64,000 nt of DNA, taken from Geopsychrobacteraceae bacterium. GTDB taxonomy: Bacteria > Desulfobacterota > Desulfuromonadia > Desulfuromonadales > Geopsychrobacteraceae. The notes beneath the pieces are model-generated. The model ran no database searches, was not told where the DNA came from, and saw nothing but the letters and a program-made list of their open reading frames with translations. The stretch lies in NCBI GenBank assembly GCA_963676795.2, contig CAXXTB010000002.1, positions 256,001 to 320,000 of the forward strand, given 5' to 3'. Positions 51,060-62,141 of the stretch are shown here, one piece after another; the first letter of the stretch is position 1, and the number at the start of each line of letters is the position of its first letter. A program made the position numbers and the translations under genes.

Positions 51060-51878
51060 TTATTGTGATTCCTGCCTGCTAAGTGATGATCTTTGGCGCT
51101 CCTGACCTAGTACCAGTGTGCCACAGCCTCCTTGCGCCTGCCTGCGCCAACGGTTGGCACGGCGGACATTGATCGTACTCCGTCTGAAAAACTCATGAAT
51201 TTCATCGATTCGAGCATTATCCGGGCTGCTGAAGGTCGAGCCTTCGACCGGGTTGCAGCTGAGCAGATGCAGGGTCGCATCGCTGAAGGGAGCGAGCCAC
51301 TCGGCAAGTTTCTGCAGCTGCTCCTGATTATCGTTGATGCCGCTCAGGAGCAGGTAGTTGAAGCCGATCCGGCGTCTCTGCCGTCTGCTCAGTTGCGGCC
51401 AGATCCGTTCTATCTCTGCCCGCAGTGCTGTTGTTCCCGGGCCGTTGGGGATCAGTTCTGTGTAGGTGCTCTCAACTGCTGAATGGAGTGAAAACATGAT
51501 ACCGTTGTGCGGCAGGCGGATCAGGTCGGCAACACGTTTTAAGGGGCTACCTGTCGTCGTAATTGATACGGGCAGATTCCGCTCCCGGCACTTCTGGATA
51601 AAACAGGACAGGTTGGCAAGATTGTGCAACGGTTCGCCGATGCCGGAGATGGTCAGACGTTTAGGCTTGATGCCCTGCTGATAACAGGCTTGCAGCTGCT
51701 TCTCCAGTTCTTCAGGCGTCAGGTTGCGCCTCAAGCCGAGCTGTCCGGATGCGCAGAATGGACAACCAATAGCGCAGCCGGCCTGACTTGAGAGGCAGAG
51801 GGTTTGACCGGGATACCAGACGGTTTCCACCTGCAGGCCGTCATCCAGGGTAACAACAAATTTTTGATTCTGATCCAT
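51060..51878 (-). CDS. Short RlmN/Cfr-like radical SAM protein
   Basis: CLSSQAGCAIGCPFC, GIGEP, GIND, GGCG; ATG 51878 assumed. Confidence 0.8.
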   Translation of the reverse strand: MDQNQKFVVTLDDGLQVETVWYPGQTLCLSSQAGCAIGCPFCASGQLGLRRNLTPEELEKQLQACYQQGIKPKRLTISGIGEPLHNLANLSCFIQKCRERNLPVSITTTGSPLKRVADLIRLPHNGIMFSLHSAVESTYTELIPNGPGTTALRAEIERIWPQLSRRQRRRIGFNYLLLSGINDNQEQLQKLAEWLAPFSDATLHLLSCNPVEGSTFSSPDNARIDEIHEFFRRSTINVRRANRWRRQAQGGCGTLVLGQERQRSSLSRQESQ

Positions 51879-52521
51879 GTCCGATAGCTCATTTCTTGCT
51901 GCAAACCTGGAAAATCTACTCTTTTTCGCATGCAGCTGCAATTTGAATATTGGCGGATTGGCAAGGACCGTTTCCATCCGGAGTGATGGGATATTCTGTG
52001 TAGCGGAATGTAGAATCCACCAGCAGGGCCTCTGGAATAAAAACGATGGCACGGGCTCTTAGCAACGTTATTCTCGTATGTATATGAGAACCTGATTACG
52101 ATGGTTGCATTAGCGATAAAATAGATAGATAATTCCATGAAAACCGATAAAGCAATTAACAATGTTCTTTAAAAGCAAACGTTCAAAAAATAAACAAGCA
52201 ATAAAAAGGTGTTTCGGGTGGATGGCTAGGGTCTCAACCGCACGGAGACATTACGATTGTTGAGACAACATCGATAGTTTTTTGCCCGGAAATTGTTTAT
52301 AGCGGAAATGCGCTATTATGTTGCACGAGATCTGAAGTTGGTTTGCGTTGAGGATTTTTTTTCAGGTCGGGACAGCTGGACAGTCGTTTCTTTAGAGGAG
52401 AATAAAATTAATGAAAATATGTACCTTTTGTTTTTGAAAAAACTTTTAAAAATAGGAAATACGTTCTTAAAAAGAGAATGTTCATAAAAGAAAAAATAGT
52501 TAAAAAGATGAATCTTCTTTT

Positions 52522-53385
52522 TTATGCTCCATTTTCGCAGATCTCATCTAGGCAGCAGCGCATCATCCCATCTGCCGGGGGCGTTCCAGTCCACAGTTCG
52601 AAGTCTTTTTCGGCCTGCGACAACAGCATCCCAACAGCCACTATGGCTTTATGATTGTGTGCTCTGGCCTCGGAGACAAAAGGAGTATCTTCTGTTGAGC
52701 TAGAAACATCTAATGCACTCGCATTTTGTTTCAGGGATGTCCACGGGAGGTCGGAAATGCACTCCTCCTTTGCCCTGCTATCTATGGTGTTGATCATCAG
52801 ATCTGTCTTTCCTAAAACTGCAGCAATCTTGGAAGAAACGAAAGGCAAACTCTCGAATTGAGAATTCGGATAATGTCGTGAAAATTCATCTACAAGCTTT
52901 GCGGCACGTTCCGCTATCCGGTCAACGATATAGATCATTTTTACTTCGGCATTACATAGGGCAATGATTGCGGCACGACAAACAGCACCAGCACCAAGTA
53001 ATACAGCAGTTTGTCCTTTCGGAACCATTCCCAGATCCTGTTCAAGTATTTTGCTTATACTGTAAATGTCGGTGTTATAACCGCGCAAGCAGCCGTCCCG
53101 ATTGACAATAGTGGTCACCGCACCTGCATGGCGAGCAGTTTCGTCTAATTCGTCTAGATGAGAAATCGCAGTTTCTTTCAGGTTGGTCGTACAGCTTCCT
53201 CCCCAAAAATCCAGTACCCGCATCACATCAAGTGTTGCTCCCATCTTTGATTCAGGGATCTTCTCTGTGGCAACGACGGCATTGATGCCAGCATTCTTGA
53301 TAGCGGCTCCATGTATTAATGGGAGAATGGAATCAGCGCCAGAATCGCTGATAGTTAGTAATACCCTAGTTCCTGTGGTAATCAT
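52522..53385 (-). CDS. Shikimate/quinate dehydrogenase-family protein (diverged)
   Basis: GAVTTIVN..LRGYNTD, LLGAGA, GMLLSQA..FELWTG. Confidence 0.85.
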   Translation of the reverse strand: MITTGTRVLLTISDSGADSILPLIHGAAIKNAGINAVVATEKIPESKMGATLDVMRVLDFWGGSCTTNLKETAISHLDELDETARHAGAVTTIVNRDGCLRGYNTDIYSISKILEQDLGMVPKGQTAVLLGAGAVCRAAIIALCNAEVKMIYIVDRIAERAAKLVDEFSRHYPNSQFESLPFVSSKIAAVLGKTDLMINTIDSRAKEECISDLPWTSLKQNASALDVSSSTEDTPFVSEARAHNHKAIVAVGMLLSQAEKDFELWTGTPPADGMMRCCLDEICENGA

Positions 53386-54625
53386 GATGTCTTCCTTTCA
53401 TTGTTTTTAGAGCAGAGCCAGGTGCCTGATGCGGGAACGTTTCATTATGGCCGGTGTCGTATATGCATATTGAAGTGGCGACAGAGGCTTTGATTAAGTT
53501 CCGGGGTGATTTCTCAGGCTCATCGTAGATGGCTAGTTGTTGAATACATGAAAACTAAGGGCAGATAAATCGCCCACGATTTGTCTGTTCCTTTAGAACG
53601 GAATAAATTTCATTTCGAAGTATTTCTGTTTCGTAACGATCATTGTTGTTAGTAAATTTCTTTAAACACTCTTTATTTGCCGGATTGACTCTTTCGTCTG
53701 CTGCATCCACTTGTTATCTCCATTAACGTTGAAATGTTCTGTTCTGGAATCGGCGGTGTGCTTATCTGTGGTAGGTTTTTATCCATGGTATGACGAGATC
53801 ATATTTATTTTTCGGCATTATTTCTAATGACAATTCAGAATGGCAACTGCCTCGAAAAGTAATGGTTCTCAAAGCAATTTTCTCGTGACCTACCAAGGTC
53901 TTGTTGCTGGCAGTATGTATTGTTAACTGAGTCATTAGAAAAACAGGGTCGTATTTTTTGGGGGGGAACGCTTTGCCTGTCCCGTCTCAATGAGTCTTTT
54001 TATTGACCATGTCTATTTGTTATGGGTCGATGAAATAATGTCATTATGTATTTTTGAATGGGATGAGGTAAAAGGTGCAGTGAGATGCGTGGTGTCTTCT
54101 GTGTCGCGAGGGACTGAAAACATTGTCGTAGACTATAGTCAGGAGAAATCTACGTAATATTGCTGTTTGGCTAACGTAGGAATTTTGTTTTTATGAATCT
54201 GCATGTGAGATTAACTAGTAGTTCAGGCCTTGAAATAGACTATCGGCGCTGTTTCTTGTGGATGCAGAGAACGTGGGATACGCAGTATCGACTCCTTAAT
54301 ATCTAAAGAACATATTTATAATTTTGATTTGATCCAACATGGGAATTGGATCGAATTGTCAGGAAGCATATCTTCCCATAGACTCATAGGTTTAACCTCT
54401 GTGCGATGTGCTCTATCCCCTCTATGAGGGGTAGAGCGTTTTTTTTATCGCTTATGCAGACCAGACAAGGTCCGCTATCTGAAATAGTTATTTTGTGAGC
54501 ATTGTGAAAAGTTTTTAGCAGAATCGGGATACGGGGATAATGCTCATGCGCCTTTCTGTATGACATAGGCGCTATCCGGGCATTTTGTCTTCACTATTTT
54601 GACCCGTTAGTCTTAAAGAGTTTTT

Positions 54626-55207
54626 ATGTGTGAAAAGAAAAGACTTGTCGTTGCCTTGAGTGGTGCCAGTGGTGTCAGCCTGGCCTTGGTATTGCTTGAA
54701 ATGATGCAAAGGCAGGACGATTGGGAAACCCATCTCGTTATATCCAGCGGTGCCAAAAGAACCATCGAGTTGGAGGTTCCCGAAACAGTGGAGCAGGTCA
54801 GAGCTCTTGCCACAAAAGTCTACAACCTGAACGATATCGGTGCCAATATTGCGAGCGGGACCTTCAAGACTGAGGGCATGGTTGTAGTCCCTTGCAGCAT
54901 GAAGACAACGGCTGGCATTGCCAACGGTTATTCTGAAAATCTATTGTTGCGGGCTGCCGATGTCACCCTGAAAGAACGACGTAAGCTTGTTCTTGTGGTC
55001 CGCGAGTCACCGCTGAGCCAAATCCATCTGAGAAATATGTCAACGTTGGCGTCGATGGGCGTCGTGCTGATGCCGCCAATGATGACTCACTACAACAAGC
55101 CTAAGACCATAAGAGATATGGAGAACCATATTGTCGGCAAGGTTCTCAGCGAGTTTGGTATTGAGCTGTGCGAGTTCAAGCGCTGGCATGCTCCGGGATA
55201 TGATTGA
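54626..55207 (+). CDS. ubiX: Flavin prenyltransferase
   Basis: SGASG, IASG, PCSMKT, RAADVTLKERRKLVLVVRESP. Confidence 0.95.
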   Translation: MCEKKRLVVALSGASGVSLALVLLEMMQRQDDWETHLVISSGAKRTIELEVPETVEQVRALATKVYNLNDIGANIASGTFKTEGMVVVPCSMKTTAGIANGYSENLLLRAADVTLKERRKLVLVVRESPLSQIHLRNMSTLASMGVVLMPPMMTHYNKPKTIRDMENHIVGKVLSEFGIELCEFKRWHAPGYD

Positions 55208-55607
55208 GAGAGAAGACATGGACGCCGACAACAACAGTTTCTTCAGACTCGAATCAACTGAGGATGATATTCCGGTCGTTCTGACCGCTGTCCGTCAGGG
55301 TGTAGATTTATGTGTTTCGCTCTATGGTGGTGACAAAGGGCATATTGGCGCGGTGGCACTGGCCCAACCGCGTCCAAGTCTGACAGATCCTACGCAATTG
55401 AGCGCATCGACTTCGGTTGTCACAGTCTGCGGTCATAAGGAGGATGGGCTTGCTTATGATGTTGCCGAGTCGTTGGCCCAGAAGATCAACGGCATCGTTA
55501 CTGTCTCATGTGGCATCCATATCGATAACGCCAGCCAACAACAGATCCAGCAGATTGTCCGTATTGCAAAAGGACTGGCTGTCCGGCTTGGGACTTTGCT
55601 CGCCTGA
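55200..55607 (+). CDS. LpdD-like protein (prFMN-associated)
   Basis: DLCVSLYGGDKGHIGAV, GHKE, GIHIDNA; overlaps the ubiX stop; start may be 55218. Confidence 0.75.
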   Translation: MIEREDMDADNNSFFRLESTEDDIPVVLTAVRQGVDLCVSLYGGDKGHIGAVALAQPRPSLTDPTQLSASTSVVTVCGHKEDGLAYDVAESLAQKINGIVTVSCGIHIDNASQQQIQQIVRIAKGLAVRLGTLLA

Positions 55608-55814
55608 CATTGGTTGGTCCGGACATGAAAAAGTCGTGGCTGGCCTGCTGGCTGTTCTATGCCCGTCTTATGGTTCTGTTCGTTGCAATATCTGGAAATG
55701 CAAAAATAAACATAATGATGTCAGTTGTTTGATGTTGAGTTTATATGACACTGCACCTGCTTTGTCTCTAAGCTGCACATTAACTGAAGATTAAAGGTCG
55801 AGGAGTGGAAAACT

Positions 55815-56876
55815 GTGGATTTATCAACCAACTATATGGGAATTCAGTTAAAAAATCCTTTTATCGTATCTGCCAGCACCCTGACCGGAGATATCGACTC
55901 GGTCGTAGAATGCGCCAATGCCGGTGCTGGTGCTATTGTCCTGAAATCTCTCTTCGAAGAAGAGATTGCCGCCGAAATTGACGCTCTCAGCCAGAATGCA
56001 GAGAATTATTCCGGCTACGGTGAAGCCTACGAATATCTGCAGGGGTACGGCCAGGCACTGGGACCGCAGGGCTATCTCGACCTGGTTGAAGAAGCGAAGC
56101 AGAAGACCGATATTCCGATTATCGCCAGCCTGAACTGCGTCTCCGACAACAGCTGGGGCGACTATGCGCAGAAGCTTGAGGCCTCCGGTGCTGATGGTGT
56201 CGAACTGAATATTGCAATTATGCCCCACAGTATCAAGCAGGATGGTACGGATATCATCGATGATTATCTGCGTATTGTCCGTGAAGTTAAAGATAAGGTT
56301 AACATTCCTGTTGCAGTCAAGGTTGGTCCCTATTTCACTTCATTTGGGAACTTTGCTGACCGGATTGCGACCGAACGTCACGAGGCACCTGCTTATAGTG
56401 TCGGCTGGTTAGGCAAGGATACTGCGGATGGGAAGGTCAGTTGGAAAGGTGTTGATGCCATTGTTTTGTTCAACCGCTTTTACCAACTGGACATTGATAT
56501 CGATCAGAAATCCTTGACCCAGGGGATTTCCTATAGTTCTCCGGCAGAGCTCTCCCTCAGTTTGCGTTGGATCTCCCTACTTGCCGGAAAAGTTGGTTGT
56601 GACCTTGTCTGTAATACCGGCATTCATGAAGGCCATGATGCAATAAAGGCTCTTTTGGCGGGAGCCAAGGCTGTTGAGGTTTGTTCGACTCTCTTCCTGA
56701 ACGGAGTGGGGCAAATCGAAAAAATGAAGCAGCGGCTTATGTCGTGGATGCAAAAAAATGACTATCGAACAATAGCTGATTTTCGTGGATTGGTTAGTCA
56801 GTCACTGAGTAAAAACCCCGAAGATTTTGAGCGTCTACAGTATGTCAAGCTCTTCGTCGGAATGCAGAAGTCATAA
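55815..56876 (+). CDS. Dihydroorotate dehydrogenase-like flavoprotein
   Basis: DLSTNYMGIQLKNP, GAIVLKSLFEEEI, LFNRFYQ. Confidence 0.85.
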   Translation: MDLSTNYMGIQLKNPFIVSASTLTGDIDSVVECANAGAGAIVLKSLFEEEIAAEIDALSQNAENYSGYGEAYEYLQGYGQALGPQGYLDLVEEAKQKTDIPIIASLNCVSDNSWGDYAQKLEASGADGVELNIAIMPHSIKQDGTDIIDDYLRIVREVKDKVNIPVAVKVGPYFTSFGNFADRIATERHEAPAYSVGWLGKDTADGKVSWKGVDAIVLFNRFYQLDIDIDQKSLTQGISYSSPAELSLSLRWISLLAGKVGCDLVCNTGIHEGHDAIKALLAGAKAVEVCSTLFLNGVGQIEKMKQRLMSWMQKNDYRTIADFRGLVSQSLSKNPEDFERLQYVKLFVGMQKS

Positions 56877-57007
56877 TCCTTTTTCAGCGATGTGTGGCCG
56901 TCATTATTTATCACTGCTATGACTGGCGGAAGTTTTCCGTTATCTTTTTTGGGGAATTGAGTAATTTCAGATAATTATGTCAACACTGAGCTGAAAATAA
57001 AAACAGA

Positions 57008-57279
57008 ATGATGACACGTATTCTTCCCAGTATCAGCTTTGATGATGTTCGACTTATAATGACTATTGTAGAACAGCAGAATTTTACACGTGCTGCCAAC
57101 ATTTTGAACATGACCCAGCCGGCCTTAAGTAAGCGTGTTTCAGCATTAGAGCATGTCCTGGGAGTCCGTCTCATAGATAGGGACAGACGCCCGATAGTTC
57201 TGACTGCTGAAGGAGACTTTTTGATCCAGCGGTGGATCAAAATATTTGAGGATATTCAAGGTTCAATTATGGATGTGTC
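57008..57279 (+). pseudogene. LysR regulator N-terminal fragment truncated by IS3
   Basis: NFTRAANILNMTQPALSKRV HTH; the frame runs into the IS end at 57280. Confidence 0.88.
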
Positions 57280-57315
57280 TGAGGTCGGTCCGCAATAGTG
57301 GACACCATGTTATAG

Positions 57316-58188
57316 TCAGGCAGCCCCTTGCTGCCTGATGAATTTCTTCCAGTATGCCGCCGGGGAGAGATTGCCCAAGCTGGCATGTCGTCTCTGCCGA
57401 TTGTAGAACATCTCGATATACTCTCTGATCTCAATGACAGCTTGCTGCCGGGTGCGATACTTCCGGTGGTGGACCAGTTCCCGTTTGAGCGTGCCGAAGA
57501 AGCTCTCCATCGAGGCGTTGTCCCAGCAGTTCCCCTTGCGGCTCATCGACGGCTTCATCTCGAATTGCTTCATCAGCTTCTGGTAGCGGCGCGAGCAATA
57601 CTGGCTGCCGCGATCCGAATGGTGGATCAACCCTTTCGGTGGCCGCCGGGCAGCAACGGCGCGGAAGAGGGCGCGGCCAACCAGGTCTTGCGTCATCCTA
57701 TGGCTCATGGCGTAGCCGACGATTTCCCGGTTCCAGAGGTCCTTGATCGCCGCCAGGTAAAGCCAGCCTTCTTCGGTGGCGACATAGGTGATATCCGCCA
57801 CCCAGGCCTTGTTCGGCCCTGATACTGCGAAATCCTGGTTCAGCAGATTCGGAGCAACCGGCAGCTTGTGGTTCGAGTCGGTGGTTGACTTGTACTTCTT
57901 AACCTGCTTGCATCGCAGGTCCATTTGGCGGCGCAGGCGCTTGATCCGGTTCAGCCCGACCTCGACCTTCTCGACGTCAAGCAGTTCATCCTGAATCTTC
58001 TCCGGCCCGTAGGCGCCTCGGCCCCGCTCATGGGCCGCCTTGATCGCCACTTTGAGTCGTTCGTCCTCCTGCTTGCGGGCTGACGGCTTGCGATTCTTCC
58101 AGGCATAGTAGCCGCTTTTCGATACGCCGAGTGTCCGGCACATCGGATCGACGGAGAAACCCTGCTCCTTGCGCAGCTCGTCGATCAT
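57316..58188 (-). CDS. IS3 transposase OrfB (DDE)
   Basis: WVADITY, HHSDRGSQY, DNASMESFF. Confidence 0.96.
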   Translation of the reverse strand: MIDELRKEQGFSVDPMCRTLGVSKSGYYAWKNRKPSARKQEDERLKVAIKAAHERGRGAYGPEKIQDELLDVEKVEVGLNRIKRLRRQMDLRCKQVKKYKSTTDSNHKLPVAPNLLNQDFAVSGPNKAWVADITYVATEEGWLYLAAIKDLWNREIVGYAMSHRMTQDLVGRALFRAVAARRPPKGLIHHSDRGSQYCSRRYQKLMKQFEMKPSMSRKGNCWDNASMESFFGTLKRELVHHRKYRTRQQAVIEIREYIEMFYNRQRRHASLGNLSPAAYWKKFIRQQGAA

Positions 58189-58493
58189 CGCGTACCTCCC
58201 CGCGGCTCCTTTGCAAGGTACGCCATAGCCTTTTTTAGGATTTCCTTCTCCAGCCGGGCTTCGGCCAGCTCTTTCCGCAACCGGGAGACCTCGGCCTCCA
58301 ACTCAGATACGTTATGGCTGCCGTGGGCCTTTAGGCCGGTGGTGCCATGCTTCTTGATCCAGTTGCGCAGCGTCTGCTGCGATACGCTCAAACGCCGCCC
58401 AACTTCGGCAACCGTCAAGCCGCCATCGATGACTAGGCTGACGGCCTCCTCCTTGAATTCCAATGTGAAAAACTGCCTCGGTATGCGTTCCAA
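58185..58493 (-). CDS. IS3 transposase OrfA
   Basis: FTLEFKEEAV, HTH, EKEILKKA; A_AAA_AAG at 58236-58230 with open -1 frame into orfB. Confidence 0.95.
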   Translation of the reverse strand: MERIPRQFFTLEFKEEAVSLVIDGGLTVAEVGRRLSVSQQTLRNWIKKHGTTGLKAHGSHNVSELEAEVSRLRKELAEARLEKEILKKAMAYLAKEPRGGTR

Positions 58494-59040
58494 TGGACAC
58501 CTCCTTGAGCCTCGCAGGCTATCAGATTGGTGTCCACTTTTTCCAGCCTACCTCAGATGGAAACGGTATTTGAATATGGAGTCTATTGAACTTCGGTTTA
58601 CCTGAGTATCTCAAATTTCTAACTGATGCGGATTGTGATCAAGTCAACAAGCTTTGCAGGCGTCTTTGCAAAGTCTTGTTGGCTTTTAGTCGGGGATTTG
58701 CATAGTACGTAGATTTTTTGTCCGATCCATTAGTAATTATTATCTTAAAAAGTCTCCATAATTATTGAAATATTCTGTTTACATTAGAAATCCCCGTCCT
58801 CTGGACGTTTTTTTAACAGTCCTCTCTCTCCTTTTTTCTTTAATTTAAAACTGTCTCAAATATTACTATTCTTGAATAGTAACAGTTCATTACTTTTTGT
58901 CATGGGGCCCATGTTCAATTTCTATTGGCGGCAAATATCCAAGATGTATAAGATTTTTACGAATGAAGCAATGCGCAGACCTCTGTGTGTAGCCGCGTAG
59001 TTGCCGGTATGCGAGTGAGGAGCTCCGGGTCGGCATTGTC

Positions 59041-60252
59041 GTGAAACCCTCTGTTGCTCAGGCTGGATGTCGGTTGATGAGAAATGTTCACAGCACTTGC
59101 ACTTTGAATATGTCGATATTGGCGATCGCGTTTTCGTTGATGCTGTGTATGGCGATTGCGCCAGCATTGGCTGAGATTGGTAAGGCGTTCCCCGCTGTCA
59201 GCCAGGAAGCGTTGACCTTCATGCTTGTGCTCCCCACACTGGCGGCGATAGTGCCAGTTCTTTTAGATGAGGTTGTGCCGCATAAGCTTAAAACCAAGTG
59301 GGGCCTCTACGTCTCTTTTGCCTTCTTCCTTGTCGGCGGCGTCGGGCCGCTCTTTCTTCACCGTTTCCAGCTGGTACTTCTTTGTCGTGCAATTCTTGGC
59401 CTCGGTCTCGGATGTTTTCTGTCATCTGTTTTGGGATTGCTGGAGGGCAGCAGTGCTGGGCATGAATACAGCCCGCAGGGCGTTTTCCAGGGCGGCGTCT
59501 GTGGGGGGGGGATTTTCCCCGGTTTGTTGGCCGGCCTCTTGGCTGTGATCGCCTGGAATCTGGCTTTTCTGACCTATGGATTCTTAACAGTCTGTCTTTT
59601 GCTGGCTATTGTCTGCGTTCCTGAACCGCCCAGAGCAGCGGCCGTGCTGGGGAGAAAACCGTTGTTGTCGGTTAGTAGAGGGGGGATCTTTATCTGTATC
59701 GGAGTTCTGCTCTATTCCGTTGTCTGTTTTGCTTGTTTCGGTTATCTCGCCCAGGTTGTCGCTGCCAAGGGGCTGGGAGATTCAAAGGTGTCGGGTTGCG
59801 CGACAATGTTGATGGCGCTCGGAGTCCTCTGTCTGGGTGGGCTATCAAGGTCGCTTATCAGGCGTCTGAAAAATTATGCCATGTTTGTCGCTCTGTTAAT
59901 GACGGCCGTCGGGTTCGCTGTTCTGTCGACTGCATATGTTTGGTGGGAGGTCTGCGTGGGTTCCGTCTATGTCGGCCTAGGCTTCGGTTTGTTCATGCCT
60001 TGCGCGCTAGTGAGGTTTAACGAATCGTCAGGCAGACCTGCGGCCGAGCTTGTGAATGCCCTGTTTCTGGTCTGCATCCATGTCGGGGCGATCGCCGCAC
60101 CGAAGATTCTGGTTGGTATCGGTGCTTTTTTCAGGAACGCAGATGACCACTTCATATTCCTTTTATGTTCTATCTGTCTGTTTGTCTCAGCAGTGATTTG
60201 TCTTCTCTCTTTATTTGTGTCTCCACTAAATGAAGAATGTGAATGGCTCTGA
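59041..60252 (+). CDS. MFS transporter (diverged)
   Basis: About 12 hydrophobic segments; IAPALAEIGKAFP, RAILGLGLG; start uncertain. Confidence 0.75.
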   Translation: MKPSVAQAGCRLMRNVHSTCTLNMSILAIAFSLMLCMAIAPALAEIGKAFPAVSQEALTFMLVLPTLAAIVPVLLDEVVPHKLKTKWGLYVSFAFFLVGGVGPLFLHRFQLVLLCRAILGLGLGCFLSSVLGLLEGSSAGHEYSPQGVFQGGVCGGGIFPGLLAGLLAVIAWNLAFLTYGFLTVCLLLAIVCVPEPPRAAAVLGRKPLLSVSRGGIFICIGVLLYSVVCFACFGYLAQVVAAKGLGDSKVSGCATMLMALGVLCLGGLSRSLIRRLKNYAMFVALLMTAVGFAVLSTAYVWWEVCVGSVYVGLGFGLFMPCALVRFNESSGRPAAELVNALFLVCIHVGAIAAPKILVGIGAFFRNADDHFIFLLCSICLFVSAVICLLSLFVSPLNEECEWL

Positions 60253-60634
60253 TTCTAGTTGGTCTGGCAGTGAGGATCGATGTGCCTGTTGCTGTATTGC
60301 GTTGATTCTTTACTGAAAAATTAAGTCAAGTTCCATTGATAAGTCAGGAAAGGAGGATAGGGCGGAAAAGTAATTTAAATAACAAAGTTTTACTCTGTGT
60401 ATATTGGCATTAGTAATTTTATTGACAGTTGTTGAAGGTGAGGTAGAGAAAATGCGGCTTAATAGGATATGCAAGTTAGATATCTGTCTTACCGTTGTTG
60501 TGTCTGCTCAAACATTATGGATGCAGAAGACGGCATGATGAACTTATTGCCGGCTCTCAAGGAACTCTCATTGACGAGTTTCCTCCTGTTCAAGGTCTGT
60601 TCATGGTGTTTCAAACTTTAGGGGAGTATAAAGA

Positions 60635-61252
60635 ATGAATATCAAATTTGCTATTGTAAACGCTATTGTAGGAAGTATCGTTCTGAATCTGTTGATCTCG
60701 GTCCTCGGTGTCGTTGGCTACGGACCTTACATCTGGATGGTCTTTCCGTCTCTGTTTATCTTCTTCGCGCTTGGTGCCGAGTTCAGGAAGATACCGGGAA
60801 TTATCCTCAGTGCTGCCTGTGGCATCGTCTGGTGGATGATCGTCATCTGGATCAGTTCGGCTCTTGCTCCCACCGTTGGTCCTGACCAGGCTATGGGGAT
60901 CGGTGTTACGGTTTCACTTGTTTTTATTCTGGTCATTCACGAGTATCTACTGGCCAGCAACAAATTTTTAGGTACGACTCCTGCTGTTTTTCTCGGTTTC
61001 TGTTTGACTTCGTTTTCGACGTCTGTGATTCCGAGCAATGTTGCGCAGTTGACGCCATTTCACGTCTTTGGACTCATCGTCTACGGTGTTGTTTTAACAG
61101 TTATTCTGATGCTGGTCAGTTTCAATGTGCTAAGTCTGTTTTTCGGTAAGGAAGCGACCATCAAGTATTTTGCAGAACTTGGAGCAAAGACTTTTTACTT
61201 GAGTAGAGAAGTCCATGGCGCTCCTCCTGAGCAGATGCGTAAAGAAGCTTAG
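60635..61252 (+). CDS. Hypothetical multi-pass membrane protein (DUF1097-like)
   Basis: Six or so TM segments; GGGGAG SD; followed by a hairpin plus T run at about 61315-61375. Confidence 0.65.
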   Translation: MNIKFAIVNAIVGSIVLNLLISVLGVVGYGPYIWMVFPSLFIFFALGAEFRKIPGIILSAACGIVWWMIVIWISSALAPTVGPDQAMGIGVTVSLVFILVIHEYLLASNKFLGTTPAVFLGFCLTSFSTSVIPSNVAQLTPFHVFGLIVYGVVLTVILMLVSFNVLSLFFGKEATIKYFAELGAKTFYLSREVHGAPPEQMRKEA

Positions 61253-62141
61253 AGTTTCGAGTGTTGCATATGACCCATAGGGTCGTGGGTTGAAGATTTT
61301 TATGGGATGTGTCGAAGCGTCTCCAGAATGACTTTGCGCTGTCTGTAACAAAGCCTTCTGGAGACGCTTTTTTTCGATCTTTGTCGGCGTGGCTGCGCAG
61401 AAAGCATTCTCAGGGCACGGCAATTGCGTTTTAGTAGTCTGGTTTTGCCTGTGATGTTTTTGCTTTCCGATGTAGAGAGGCTCTGGAGGAGTTTTCTTTC
61501 TACATCACTGCTCGGAAGAGCTATAGTGTTACAAGGCGTCTCTGGCTCAGCCAGCGCTAAGTAAAATTAGAGCTATTGTCAAAGCTGGTGTAATGGCGGC
61601 TTGCTCAAGCCGCGTCCTGATTGCCTGCTGTCACCTCGATTCCACCTTTAAATTTCATTCTCGTGATGACCTTGGCCAGAGAGACGAATTTTCTTAATCG
61701 GTGTCAGTTTTTCTCTGTGCATTTCGATAGCTTGAACATCATGTGCAACATCCTATCCCGCTCATGGACAATCGCGATAGGCTGAAGTGGATTGTCGTTA
61801 AGGATGTCGATGGCGAGATGGTCTTCGAAACCGAAGATGTGCCTTATGAAAAATTGGTCGGTTCATCCTCCGGCCCACTAAAGGCTTAGAGGCGTGAAAA
61901 ATACCTGAAGGATGCTGCTCCTTCCTTCGGGTATAACTCCCGTGAATTCCACAGGGGTCACGGGAGTTGTTTTTGCTCGACAGGGTGGGGGATTTGGTGT
62001 GGCTGATAGGCATCACCGCGACCGAGGGTGTTGGTCTGGCACTTGTCGTCTCTGATGGTGATGATACCGCTGTCGGGCCGAAGCCTGCGACGTTTTTTAC
62101 GATCTATTCACCAAGAGCGGTTCAGTAGGACGCTTGCATTT

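Larger units (their letters stand above)
57280..58555 (-). mobile_element. IS3-family insertion sequence (~1276 bp)
   Basis: TG...CA termini, 28-bp imperfect IRs (TGAGGT...AGTGGACACCA), orfA/orfB. Confidence 0.95.

Noticed and set aside
52231..52266. Inverted repeat GTCTCAAC...GTTGAGAC near the island edge
   Set aside because: Eight-bp arms only; cannot be assigned as an operator or a mobile-element end
53400..54620. Pseudogene remnants in the 1.2-kb gap between the aroE-like gene and ubiX
   Set aside because: Only short frames with no family I could recognise; needs BLASTX
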